A stretch of 54,531 nt of DNA from a bacterium (lineage in GTDB: Bacteria; Methylomirabilota; Methylomirabilia; CAVQYV01), in assembly GCA_043800755.1 (NCBI GenBank), contig JAZDMQ010000114.1:1-54531 (forward strand). Reading direction: 5' to 3'. Both the position numbers and the translations under genes were made by a program. The notes under the pieces were generated by a model. It searched no databases, was not told the origin of the DNA, and saw nothing but the letters and a program-made list of their open reading frames with translations. This document shows positions 1-8,456 of this stretch, piece by piece (within the stretch, counting starts at the first letter, position 1; every line of letters starts with the position of its first letter).

Positions 1-1
1 T

Positions 2-130
2 GAGGAAATCGGAAGGGTCTTTGGAGTGGGATATACCGCAATTACCGGAGCGGTGAAGCGAGGGCAGACCTACGTCAATTCGGATCGGCGAGTCCAGAAT
101 ACGGTCCGGAGGATATTAAATGACATATGA
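2..130 (+). mobile_element. 3' end (partial) of a probable REP-associated tyrosine (HUH/Y1, IS200-like) transposase with DnaA-C-like C-terminal HTH
   Basis: Frame 2 reads EEIGRVFGVGYTAITGAVKRGQTYVNSDRRVQNTVRRILNDI*, resembling the EIGxxFGxxxxxVxxxxxR helix pair of DnaA-C-like domains carried by some RAYT transposases. The stop is immediately followed by AGATGTGACCCC. The catalytic domain lies outside the window. Confidence 0.55.
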
Positions 131-141
131 AGATGTGACCC
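117..141. repeat. Left arm of a 25-bp imperfect inverted repeat (partner 2104-2128)
   Basis: TAAATGACATATGAAGATGTGACCC; its reverse complement GGGTCACATCTTCATATGTCATTTA matches 2104-2128 at 23/25 positions. Confidence 0.85.
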
Positions 142-230
142 CATCTCCCCTCCGGGGCGGGAATCGCACCGCCCGTGAAGACGAGGGGCCGAAACAGTCG
201 CAAGCCAACTTGATTTAGAGGAGGTTTTGC

Positions 231-1379
231 ATGCACAAGGTAAACCACATTGGAATTGGGGGCTTCCGACGGTTAAACGACGTCAATCTGGACATGCGGC
301 CTCTCATGGTGATGATCGGCGCGAACGCTGTGGGGAAGACGTCGTTGTTGGATGCTTTATCGCTTCTTTCAGCGTCGGCGGCAGGTACAATGAGCCGAAA
401 GTTGAGTGAGATGGGCGGTGTCGCCGACGTCCTGACCCGTGGACGTTCCGCGGACATTGTACTGAGAGCCGAAATGGAAGTTCCTGGGCACGAGCCGCTG
501 ACATATAATCTGCATATTGAGCCCAAGGGTCAGGAGTATAGCATTTCACATGAAGTCCTCTCGCAGGCCCATTTAGGCTATCCGGCACCTTTCAAACACA
601 TCGAATCGCGGCATACCGACATCCGCTATTTTGATATCGGAACGGGCAAACTGGTCAGGCCTGTTTGGGAACACACCCCGCTGGAATCGTCACTTTCCCA
701 GGTTCCAAAAATGTTTCGAGAGCCCGAGGAATTGCGACGAACACTCAGCTCCGTCACACAATACCACGTTTTGGATGTAGGCCCACGCGCGCCCGTAAAA
801 CTGCCCCAGCAAATGAAGCCGGCAGACCTCCCGGGCGAAAACGGCGAGGATCTGGTTTCTTTCCTCTATTCCCTTCGAGAGAGTAACCGGGACTGCTATG
901 AGGCGATTGAAGACACGTTGAAAACAGCCTTTCCCGGGTTCAGCTCCCTTAACTTTCCTCCGGTTGCCGCTGGCATGCTGTCGATGACCTGGAAAGAAAA
1001 GAGTTTTAAGAATCCACTGTACATGCATCAGCTCTCAGAAGGGACGCTCCGTTTTCTGTGGTTGATCTCGCTTCTGCAAAGCCCTGGGCTTTCGACCGTA
1101 ACCATGATCGATGAACCTGAGGTAAGCCTCCATCCCGAACTGCTAAGTATTCTCGCTGATCTCATGCGTGAGGCCTCACAAAAAACGCAAATCATCGTAG
1201 CCACCCATTCCGACAGGCTCATCCGATTCTTGGAACCCAAAGAGGTGGTCGTCATGGATATCGGCGAGGATGGCTTTACGACCGCTTATTGGGCAGATAC
1301 CCTGGATTTAGATGAATGGCTGGCGGAGTACAGCCTGGACGAAGTTTGGCGGCTGGGCCGGATGGGGGGTCGCGCATGA
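231..1379 (+). CDS. ABC/AAA_21-family ATPase
   Basis: Walker A-like GANAVGKT, signature LSEGT, Walker B TMIDEPE, H-loop ATHS; RBS GAGGAGG upstream. Confidence 0.88.
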   Translation: MHKVNHIGIGGFRRLNDVNLDMRPLMVMIGANAVGKTSLLDALSLLSASAAGTMSRKLSEMGGVADVLTRGRSADIVLRAEMEVPGHEPLTYNLHIEPKGQEYSISHEVLSQAHLGYPAPFKHIESRHTDIRYFDIGTGKLVRPVWEHTPLESSLSQVPKMFREPEELRRTLSSVTQYHVLDVGPRAPVKLPQQMKPADLPGENGEDLVSFLYSLRESNRDCYEAIEDTLKTAFPGFSSLNFPPVAAGMLSMTWKEKSFKNPLYMHQLSEGTLRFLWLISLLQSPGLSTVTMIDEPEVSLHPELLSILADLMREASQKTQIIVATHSDRLIRFLEPKEVVVMDIGEDGFTTAYWADTLDLDEWLAEYSLDEVWRLGRMGGRA

Positions 1380-1993
1380 AGATTTCCATAATTGTTGAAG
1401 GAAAAACCGAAAAGGCCTTCGTCCCGTATCTCCGGAAGTATTTGGAAAAGCACTTGTCTGGGAGAATGCCGAATCTCGACCCATTACCATACAATGGTCG
1501 TATACCCTCTGGAAACAAGCTTCAACGTGTCGTCGCCAATCTTCTGAGTCATACGCGCAATCCTGCCGATCACGTCATCGCCCTGACTGATGTCCACACG
1601 GGCACTCAACCTCCGGATTTTTCGGATGCTGCAGACGCTAAAAAGAAAATGCGCGAGTGGGTAGGGAATGAAAAGAGGTTTCATCCTCACGCAGCGCAAC
1701 ACGATTTCGAGGCTTGGCTTCTTCCCTACTGGCCGTACATTCAACGACTCGCTGGACATAATAAGGCCGCTCCCCAGGGCAACCCCGAGAGTGTTAATCA
1801 CAACAATCCGCCTTCCTACCGTATCAAGGAGGTTTTCCGTATCGGCCGGTGTCGGAATGATTACATAAAAGCCCGTGATGCTGGCCGCATTTTACGGGAC
1901 AACGATTTGTCTGTTGCTGTCTTTCTGTGTCCAGAACTGAAAGCGCTCATCAACACGATTCTTGCGGTTTGTGGAGGCGAGGGTATTCGATGA
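1376..1993 (+). CDS. DUF4276-like / TOPRIM-like protein, partner of the ATPase
   Basis: ATGA overlap with the ATPase stop. MKISIIVEGKTE (TOPRIM-type VEG), LTDVH, HDFEAWLL and NPESVN motifs. Confidence 0.75.
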   Translation: MKISIIVEGKTEKAFVPYLRKYLEKHLSGRMPNLDPLPYNGRIPSGNKLQRVVANLLSHTRNPADHVIALTDVHTGTQPPDFSDAADAKKKMREWVGNEKRFHPHAAQHDFEAWLLPYWPYIQRLAGHNKAAPQGNPESVNHNNPPSYRIKEVFRIGRCRNDYIKARDAGRILRDNDLSVAVFLCPELKALINTILAVCGGEGIR

Positions 1994-2075
1994 TTTCGGA
2001 ATCAAGGTCGCCCTTCGTTTCCTGTCCGCAGCCCGCTCAATCCGAGGTCGTCCGATGAAGTTCACTTCGTTTTTA

Positions 2076-2102
2076 AAGGCAGGAAGGCAGGAAGGCAGGA
2101 AG
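2076..2102. repeat. Short tandem repeat (AAGGCAGG)x3 abutting the right inverted-repeat arm
   Basis: AAGGCAGG AAGGCAGG AAGGCAGG AAG read directly. Confidence 0.85.
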
Positions 2103-2103
2103 A

Positions 2104-2128
2104 GGGTCACTTCTTCATTTGTCATTTA
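2104..2128. repeat. Right arm of the 25-bp imperfect inverted repeat (partner 117-141)
   Basis: GGGTCACTTCTTCATTTGTCATTTA. Confidence 0.85.
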
Positions 2129-2239
2129 GGATGGAAAACGGTGTCAGGGCATAGTTAACTAATTCCTCATGGACAGATGGCCACCCGCGAATCATGAAAA
2201 TTGGTTTGTGCGATCATTTACTACGCAAGTATTCGGCGC

Positions 2240-2272
2240 AAGAAAAGGGGTGCGATCTTCGCAACCCCTTTG
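2240..2272 (-). terminator. Intrinsic terminator-like hairpin downstream of the tRNA 3' fragment
   Basis: AAAGGGG-TGCGA / TCGCA-A-CCCCTTT stem, followed by a T-rich run on the minus strand. Confidence 0.6.
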
Positions 2273-2277
2273 ATTTT

Positions 2278-2308
2278 TGGTGGCCCCCGCGGGAATCGAA
2301 CCCGCGTT
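2278..2308 (-). pseudogene. tRNA 3' fragment (T-arm + acceptor 3' strand + CCA; tRNA-Glu-like), probable att-site or disruption scar
   Basis: Minus strand AACGCGGGTTCGATTCCCGCGGGGGCCACCA: GCGGG-TTCGATT-CCCGC T-arm, 7-nt acceptor strand, ACCA. No D-arm or anticodon arm upstream. Confidence 0.75.
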
Positions 2309-2736
2309 AATGGAAAGGGGGACACGTCCCATTTTTCTTGACAACCACCCGATGCGCCGCCAATCTCCTTCCATGTCGAGGATTGCCAGGAGAGCCATTG
2401 CAACGGATTTCCCATCAGAGAGGAAAACCGAGAGGGGGAAAAGGGGTCGAATCCTTATCCTTGAATTGGGTGGACCTCACCCCAGATTCCCGCCTCTAAT
2501 TCTCTCCTCAAACAAGTGAGCCGCATAAGCCAGCGTTCCCCATCTCAGTTTGCAGATAGACACCGTCACTACCTCTCGGAAGAACCCGGCGTTTCAGGTG
2601 ATCGGTCCTTGAGTGGGCTTTAGTACAAGCTTGGTTGATGCGAGTTCGGAAGAAGCAATTTGTGCCTTGAAATTATGGGAGCAATGTATTACTATTTGTC
2701 ATAATAGAATTCATACCCTACCGCAGGGAGGGAAAT

Positions 2737-2970
2737 ATGAGGAGTAAACAGAGGGTAACCATCGCCATTGATAAAAACATCGTGGAGGAGATCGATCGGT
2801 TATCGAAAGCACAGAGGAAGAGTAGAAGCCATATCATTGAGGGAGCCATTAAGCTCTGGAGGAAGAGACAGTTGGAAAAAGAGTTAATCGATGGCTATAT
2901 AGAAATGTGCAAAGAGAATGCAGAGACGGCGGAGGCTCAATTGGCTGCCTCCATGGAGTCCCTGCAATGA
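2737..2970 (+). CDS. Ribbon-helix-helix (CopG/NdoAI-like) antitoxin
   Basis: RVTIAIDKNIVEEIDRL..SRSHIIEGAI RHH pattern; LIDGYIEM C-terminus; overlaps the toxin gene by ATGA. Confidence 0.8.
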   Translation: MRSKQRVTIAIDKNIVEEIDRLSKAQRKSRSHIIEGAIKLWRKRQLEKELIDGYIEMCKENAETAEAQLAASMESLQ

Positions 2971-3308
2971 CCGTTTGCAGAAGGGGCGAGATCTGGATGA
3001 CGAATTTCAACCCTGGCAGGGGGAGCGAACAAAAGGGCATTCGACCATCGCTAATTCTCCAGAACGACATAGGCAATCAATACTCCTCCACCACCATTGT
3101 GGCAGTCATCACCTCGACCCTGGGAAAGTGTCCGGTGACAGTCCTGCTGGATCAAAAAACGACCGGGTTAAGGGAAAAGTCCATGGTGAATCTTGCACAG
3201 ATTCTCGCGATCGATAAAGGCAGGCTGATCAAGAAACTGGGGATCGTGGGAGCAGATAAGTTGCGAGAGGTGGATGAGGCGATCAAGATTAGCCTGGAAT
3301 TAGAATAG
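2967..3308 (+). CDS. mazF: PemK/MazF-family mRNA interferase toxin
   Basis: RRGEIW..NPGRGSEQKGIRPSLILQNDIGN, QILAIDKGRL. Confidence 0.9.
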   Translation: MTVCRRGEIWMTNFNPGRGSEQKGIRPSLILQNDIGNQYSSTTIVAVITSTLGKCPVTVLLDQKTTGLREKSMVNLAQILAIDKGRLIKKLGIVGADKLREVDEAIKISLELE

Positions 3309-3358
3309 ATCGAAAGCTTAGCCTTTGATCGCCCAATGTAATCATCAGGAGGTAATCC

Positions 3359-3868
3359 ATGGACTTCGACGAATTAATCAAAAAGAGATACAGTGTTCGT
3401 GCTTATAAGGCGGATCCGGTGGAGGAGGAGAAGCTGGAGCAGGTGCTGGAGGCGGCGCGGCTGGCGCCCACCGCGGCCAATCGGCAGCCCTTCCAATTCC
3501 TCGTGATTCACACCAAGGGCAGAGAGGCGGAGCTCCGGCGGATCTACAATCCGGACTGGTTTGTACAACCCCCCCTGGTGATCTGTGTCTGTGCAGTCTC
3601 CTCCCAGGCCTGGTCGCGGATCGACAAGAAGAACTACGCGGAGGTAGATGCCACCATCGCCATGGATCATCTCATCCTGTCCGCAGCCAACCTGGGCCTG
3701 GGGACCTGCTGGATCGCCGCCTTTGATCCGGCCGCTGCGCTTCAGGTCTTGGGGCTGCCTGATGATATTGAGCCCATTGCCTTCACGCCCTTAGGATATC
3801 CTGCCGATCAGCCGAGGGAGAAGAGACGAAAGCCATTGCTGCAGCTGGTGCGCTATGAGCGCTGGTGA
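3359..3868 (+). CDS. Nitroreductase family protein
   Basis: RYSVRAY, APTAANRQP, GLGTCWI, LGYP. Confidence 0.92.
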   Translation: MDFDELIKKRYSVRAYKADPVEEEKLEQVLEAARLAPTAANRQPFQFLVIHTKGREAELRRIYNPDWFVQPPLVICVCAVSSQAWSRIDKKNYAEVDATIAMDHLILSAANLGLGTCWIAAFDPAAALQVLGLPDDIEPIAFTPLGYPADQPREKRRKPLLQLVRYERW

Positions 3869-3964
3869 GGCCGGTATCGGCTGGTTTAGGATGCGAGTGC
3901 GGTCATGCCCGCCCTCGCATTGCTGGCCACAGATAAACCACAGCTGAAATCCAAGGAGCCCAAG

Positions 3965-4474
3965 ATGAACACCATCGAAGCCATCAAGACGCGTAGGAGC
4001 ATCCGCAAGTACACCGAGCAGTCGGTCGCCCCGGAGATTATCAAGGAACTGCTGGCCGCCGCCATGAGCGCGCCCTCTGCAGGCAATCAGCAGCCCTGGT
4101 GCTTTGTGGTCATGGATGACCGCAGCCTCCTCAATCAGGTTCCCAGCTTCAGTCCCTATGCGGGGATGTGCCGGGAGTCCCCGGTCTCTATCTTAGTGTG
4201 CGGGGATACCCGCTCCGAGAAGCATCCCGGATTCTGGATCCAGGATTGCGCCGCCGCCACCCAGAACCTCTTGCTGGCGGCCCATGAAAAGGGCCTGGGG
4301 GCCGTGTGGACGGGCGTCTATCCGAGGGAGGAGCGGGTGAAGGGCTTCCGCGAGCTGCTGCACCTGCCCGAGGGGGTCATCCCTCTGGCCTTCATCGTGA
4401 TCGGCCACCCTGCCCAGCAGCCTTCCTCCCAGGATCGATTTCAGGAGGATCGCATCCATCATAATGGATGGTAA
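3965..4474 (+). CDS. Nitroreductase family protein
   Basis: RRSIRKY, APSAGNQQPW, GLGAVWTG; ATG 3965 with AAGGAG RBS. Confidence 0.92.
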   Translation: MNTIEAIKTRRSIRKYTEQSVAPEIIKELLAAAMSAPSAGNQQPWCFVVMDDRSLLNQVPSFSPYAGMCRESPVSILVCGDTRSEKHPGFWIQDCAAATQNLLLAAHEKGLGAVWTGVYPREERVKGFRELLHLPEGVIPLAFIVIGHPAQQPSSQDRFQEDRIHHNGW

Positions 4475-4527
4475 AGCAGCGGATTTCTCGGTGAGAGGCG
4501 AGGGGGTGCGGTCACCGAGATTAAAGG

Positions 4528-4556
4528 TTGACTTTCCCCATTTTTTGGGATAGCAT
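4528..4556 (+). promoter_or_regulatory. Putative sigma70 promoter upstream of galU
   Basis: TTGACT-17 bp-TAGCAT; would give a leader of about 280 nt. Confidence 0.4.
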
Positions 4557-4844
4557 TTTTTCCTAGTTGGAGCCGAAGGACCTTTACATGGTCTGCGGTG
4601 GAAACCCCTTGCTTCCTTTTACCACTCATGGACTGAGTTAAGCCCCAATCAGGAGCCAATGGCTTCCAAATAGAGCACCTTTTTGGCGGATATGCCTACC
4701 CTCTTACTCCCCCTTGTTCCCCCTTCCCTTTTTTCTATGGCCAGGCCAGGTTGCGGGGGATAGCCCTCATCTGATAGAACTTCTGTGCTCAAGAGATCAG
4801 GACCAGCCATCATTTGGATTCCATCATTATAAAGGAGAGGCGTA

Positions 4845-5732
4845 ATGCGCGTTCGTAAGGCAGTTTTTCCTGCAGCCGGCCTGGGCACCCGATTCCTTCC
4901 GGCGACCAAGGCCCAACCGAAAGAGATGCTGCCCATCGTGGATAAGCCGATCATCCAATATGTGGTGGAGGAGGCGGTCCAATCCGGCATCCAGGATGTG
5001 ATCATCGTCACCGGGCGGGGCAAGAATGCGATCGAAGACCACTTCGATCGCTCGCTGGAGCTGGAGGGGGCCTTGATGGAAAAGGGCAGGACCGACCTGG
5101 TGGATCAAATCCAGGAGATCTCCTCCCTCATCTCCGTCTGCTACATTCGCCAAAAGGAGCCTTTGGGGCTTGGCCACGCCATCCTGGTCACCCGGAATCT
5201 GGTGGGAGATGAGCCCTTTGCCGTCTTTTTGGGGGATGATATCATCGATTCCCAGGTGCCGTGCATGGCCCAGATGATGCAGGTCTTTGAACAGTACGGG
5301 GATGCGGTTCTTGCGGTGCAGGAGGTCCCCCGGCCGGAGGTCAGGCACTATGGGGTGATCGACGGGGTCAAGGTGAGCGACCGGGTCTTCGAGATCAAGG
5401 ACATGGTGGAAAAGCCGAATCCAGAGGAGGCGCCCTCCAATCTGGCGATCATCGGCCGCTATATCCTCCCCCCCTCTATCTTTGCCCTCCTCGAAGAGAC
5501 GCCCCCTGACGCCGGGGGAGAGATCCAGCTCACCAATGCCCTGCGCGCCCTGCTGAAGCACCGCCCAGTCTATGGCTATCAGTTCGAGGGCAAGAGGTAC
5601 GATGCCGGCAACAAATTGGGATTTCTCAAGGCCACGGTGGAATTCGCCCTCAAGAGGCCGGATCTGGCGAAGGAATTTTCAGAGTACCTTAGATCTTTGA
5701 AGATCTTTGAGGCGGGGTCCGATCCCCATTGA
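4845..5732 (+). CDS. galU: UTP--glucose-1-phosphate uridylyltransferase
   Basis: KAVFPAAGLGTRFLPATKAQPKEMLPIVDKP, VEKP. Confidence 0.96.
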   Translation: MRVRKAVFPAAGLGTRFLPATKAQPKEMLPIVDKPIIQYVVEEAVQSGIQDVIIVTGRGKNAIEDHFDRSLELEGALMEKGRTDLVDQIQEISSLISVCYIRQKEPLGLGHAILVTRNLVGDEPFAVFLGDDIIDSQVPCMAQMMQVFEQYGDAVLAVQEVPRPEVRHYGVIDGVKVSDRVFEIKDMVEKPNPEEAPSNLAIIGRYILPPSIFALLEETPPDAGGEIQLTNALRALLKHRPVYGYQFEGKRYDAGNKLGFLKATVEFALKRPDLAKEFSEYLRSLKIFEAGSDPH

Positions 5733-5765
5733 GGAGTGGGGACCCGCACGAAAGGAGGTTGGAAG

Positions 5766-5969
5766 TTGGTCGGCAAGGATAAAATGGGCGAGCCGTTCGA
5801 TGGGATGTTGGATCCGCTCGTCCCGGACGATCCGGAAGTTGAAGCTGAGGGATGGGAATGGGAGGAAGAGGAGAAACACCAGAAGATCAGGAAGAAGAAA
5901 CTTCCCGAACGGGAGGAAGGAGCTTCATTCAGGAGGGGACGCGGCGGACCTTTCCGCAAGAAGAAGTAG
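5766..5969 (+). CDS. Small charged hypothetical protein
   Basis: TTG start 7 nt after AGGAGG; fills the galU-lon gap; acidic then basic low-complexity sequence. Confidence 0.45.
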   Translation: MVGKDKMGEPFDGMLDPLVPDDPEVEAEGWEWEEEEKHQKIRKKKLPEREEGASFRRGRGGPFRKKK

Positions 5970-5984
5970 GCGCCTCGAGAATGA

Positions 5985-8456
5985 GTGACTATGAGAAAGA
6001 CAAGGAACAGTAAGGCCGAAGCTGCAGACAGCCTGCGGAGCAAGGTGGACGATCTGCAGCAGAAGAAGGTCCCCAATATTATCCCCCTCTTGCCAGTGCG
6101 GGATGTGGTCATCTTTCCCTACATGATCTTGCCCTTGTTTGTGGGGAGAGAAAAGTCCATCCGTGCGGTGGAGGAGGCCCTGGCTCGAGATCGGATGATC
6201 CTGCTGGTGGCGCAGAAGGATGCGGAGGCAGAGGAGCCAAATTCCGAGGGGATCTTTTCCTTAGGGACCGTGGCCGTCATCATGCGGATCTTAAAGATGC
6301 CCGATGGGCGGAGCAAGGTGCTGGTGCAGGGGATTGGTCGGGCCCAGGTGTTGGAATTCCTGAAGACCGAGCCCTATTTCGAGGTGAGGATCTCGGAGAT
6401 CCCGGAGCCGGAGATCGAGCATCCTTCCCTGGAGGTGGAGGCCCTGCTGCGCTCGGTGAAGGAGCAGGTGGCCAAGACCAGCACCATAGGCAAGGCCCTC
6501 TCCCCCGATGTCCTGGCGATCATGAATAGCCTGGACGATCCGGGCCGGCTGGCGGATCTGGTCGCGTCCAACCTGGACCTGAAGGTGGAACAGGCCCAGG
6601 AGATCCTGGGGATTGCCGATCCATCGCTACGGCTGCGCCGGCTCTTCGATTTCCTCGGCAAGGAGCTGGAGGTCTTGAAGGTCCAGCAGCAGATCCAGAG
6701 CCAGGCGAAGGAGGAGATGGACAAGACTCATAGGGAGTACTACCTCCGCGAGCAGCTCAAGGCCATTCAGAAGGAATTAGGGGGCATGGATGAGCGGGGC
6801 CAGGAGGTTCAGGAATTCGCCGAGAAGATCGCCCAGGCGAAGATGACCCCGGATGTGGAATTGGAGGCCAAGAAGCAACTGGATCGTCTGGGCAAGATGC
6901 ACCCGGAGAGCGCCGAGGCCTCGGTGGTGCGCAACTATTTAGAGTGGCTCACCGAGCTGCCCTGGTCCCAGCAAACAAAGGATCGCCTCCATATCGGGCG
7001 GGCCTCTCGCATCTTGAACCAGGATCACTACGACCTGGAGAAGGTGAAAGAGCGGATCCTGGAATTCCTCGCGGTGCGGAAGCTGAAGAAGCGGATGAAG
7101 GGCCCCATCCTCTGCTTCGTTGGCCCCCCCGGGGTGGGAAAGACCTCCCTGGGAAGATCGATCGCACGGGCCCTGGGCAGGAAGTTCGTGCGCATCTCCC
7201 TGGGAGGGGTTCGCGACGAGGCGGAGATCCGCGGCCATCGGCGGACCTATATCGGGGCCTTCCCGGGAAAGATCATCCTGGGGATCAAGCAGGCCAAATC
7301 CAACAATCCGGTCTTCATGATCGATGAGGTGGACAAGATCGGCATGGATTTCCGCGGGGACCCGGCCGCGGCCCTGCTGGAGGTCCTGGATCCCGAGCAG
7401 AACGGGTCCTTCACCGATCATTACCTGGGCGTGCCCTTCGACCTCTCCCATGTGATGTTCATCACCACCGGCAATATCACCGATCCCATCCCCTCGGCCC
7501 TCAAGGACCGGATGGAGATCATCCATATCCCAGGGTACACCGAGGAGGAGAAGCTGGCCATCGTCCGGCGGTTCATCATTCCAAGACAGTTGAGAGAGCA
7601 CGGGATCAAGGCCCGTCATCTGACCTTTTCCGATGAGGCCCTACTGAAGATCATCACCGAACACACCCGGGAGGCGGGCCTGCGCAACCTGGAGCGGGAG
7701 ATCGCCGCGATCTGCCGCAAGGTGGCGAAGAAGGTGGCGGAGGGGGCGGGAGGACCGACCCGGCTGATCGCCTCCAATATCCATCGCTATCTCGGCGCCC
7801 CCAGGTTCCTCTCCGAGTTGGAGCAGAAGGAGGACGAGGTGGGGGTCGCCACCGGCCTCGCCTGGACCGAGGCCGGGGGGGATGTGATCTATGTGGAGAC
7901 GATCCTGATGAAGGGAAAGGGGAATTTGAGCCTCACCGGCCACCTGGGAGAGGTGATGAAGGAATCGGCCCAGGCCGCCCTCAGCTATGCGCGCGCCATG
8001 GCGGCGGAATGGGGAATCAAGGAGGAGGCCTTCGCCAAGACCGACATCCATATCCATGTCCCGGCCGGGGCAGTCCCCAAGGATGGGCCATCGGCGGGGG
8101 TCACCATGGCTACCTCCCTCATCTCCGCCCTCACCCGCCATCGGGTGAGAAGGGATGTGGCGATGACCGGCGAGGTGACCCTGCGCGGAAAGGTCTTGCC
8201 GGTGGGGGGGATCAAGGAGAAGGTGCTGGCGGCTCGCCGGGCGGGCATCCGCCGGGTAATCCTCCCCCTCAAGAACGACAAGGATATCAAGGAGATGCCG
8301 ACCCAGGTGAAGCGGGGCATGGATTTCATCCTGGTAGAGGGGATGGACCAGGTCTTGAAGGCCGCCCTGGTAGCCCATTTTCCGCTGCGCGGGGGGGGAG
8401 AGAAGGAGGATCGGGCGCTGCGATTGCCAGGGAGGTTGGAGGAGGCTCGGGCTTGA
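5985..8456 (+). CDS. lon: ATP-dependent Lon protease
   Basis: LON N-domain (PLLPVRDVVIFP), GPPGVGKT, catalytic PKDGPSAG. Confidence 0.97.
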   Translation: MTMRKTRNSKAEAADSLRSKVDDLQQKKVPNIIPLLPVRDVVIFPYMILPLFVGREKSIRAVEEALARDRMILLVAQKDAEAEEPNSEGIFSLGTVAVIMRILKMPDGRSKVLVQGIGRAQVLEFLKTEPYFEVRISEIPEPEIEHPSLEVEALLRSVKEQVAKTSTIGKALSPDVLAIMNSLDDPGRLADLVASNLDLKVEQAQEILGIADPSLRLRRLFDFLGKELEVLKVQQQIQSQAKEEMDKTHREYYLREQLKAIQKELGGMDERGQEVQEFAEKIAQAKMTPDVELEAKKQLDRLGKMHPESAEASVVRNYLEWLTELPWSQQTKDRLHIGRASRILNQDHYDLEKVKERILEFLAVRKLKKRMKGPILCFVGPPGVGKTSLGRSIARALGRKFVRISLGGVRDEAEIRGHRRTYIGAFPGKIILGIKQAKSNNPVFMIDEVDKIGMDFRGDPAAALLEVLDPEQNGSFTDHYLGVPFDLSHVMFITTGNITDPIPSALKDRMEIIHIPGYTEEEKLAIVRRFIIPRQLREHGIKARHLTFSDEALLKIITEHTREAGLRNLEREIAAICRKVAKKVAEGAGGPTRLIASNIHRYLGAPRFLSELEQKEDEVGVATGLAWTEAGGDVIYVETILMKGKGNLSLTGHLGEVMKESAQAALSYARAMAAEWGIKEEAFAKTDIHIHVPAGAVPKDGPSAGVTMATSLISALTRHRVRRDVAMTGEVTLRGKVLPVGGIKEKVLAARRAGIRRVILPLKNDKDIKEMPTQVKRGMDFILVEGMDQVLKAALVAHFPLRGGGEKEDRALRLPGRLEEARA

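Noticed and set aside
155-176. GCGGGAATCGCACCGC resembling the tRNA fragment at 2288-2305 (possible second att copy)
   Set aside because: Only about 10 nt match and there is no CCA end; better explained as a GGGCGG/CCGCCC hairpin.
8009-8452. 148-codon N-terminal extension of RNase J in the ORF track
   Set aside because: Lies inside lon; RNase J similarity starts after TTG 8453.
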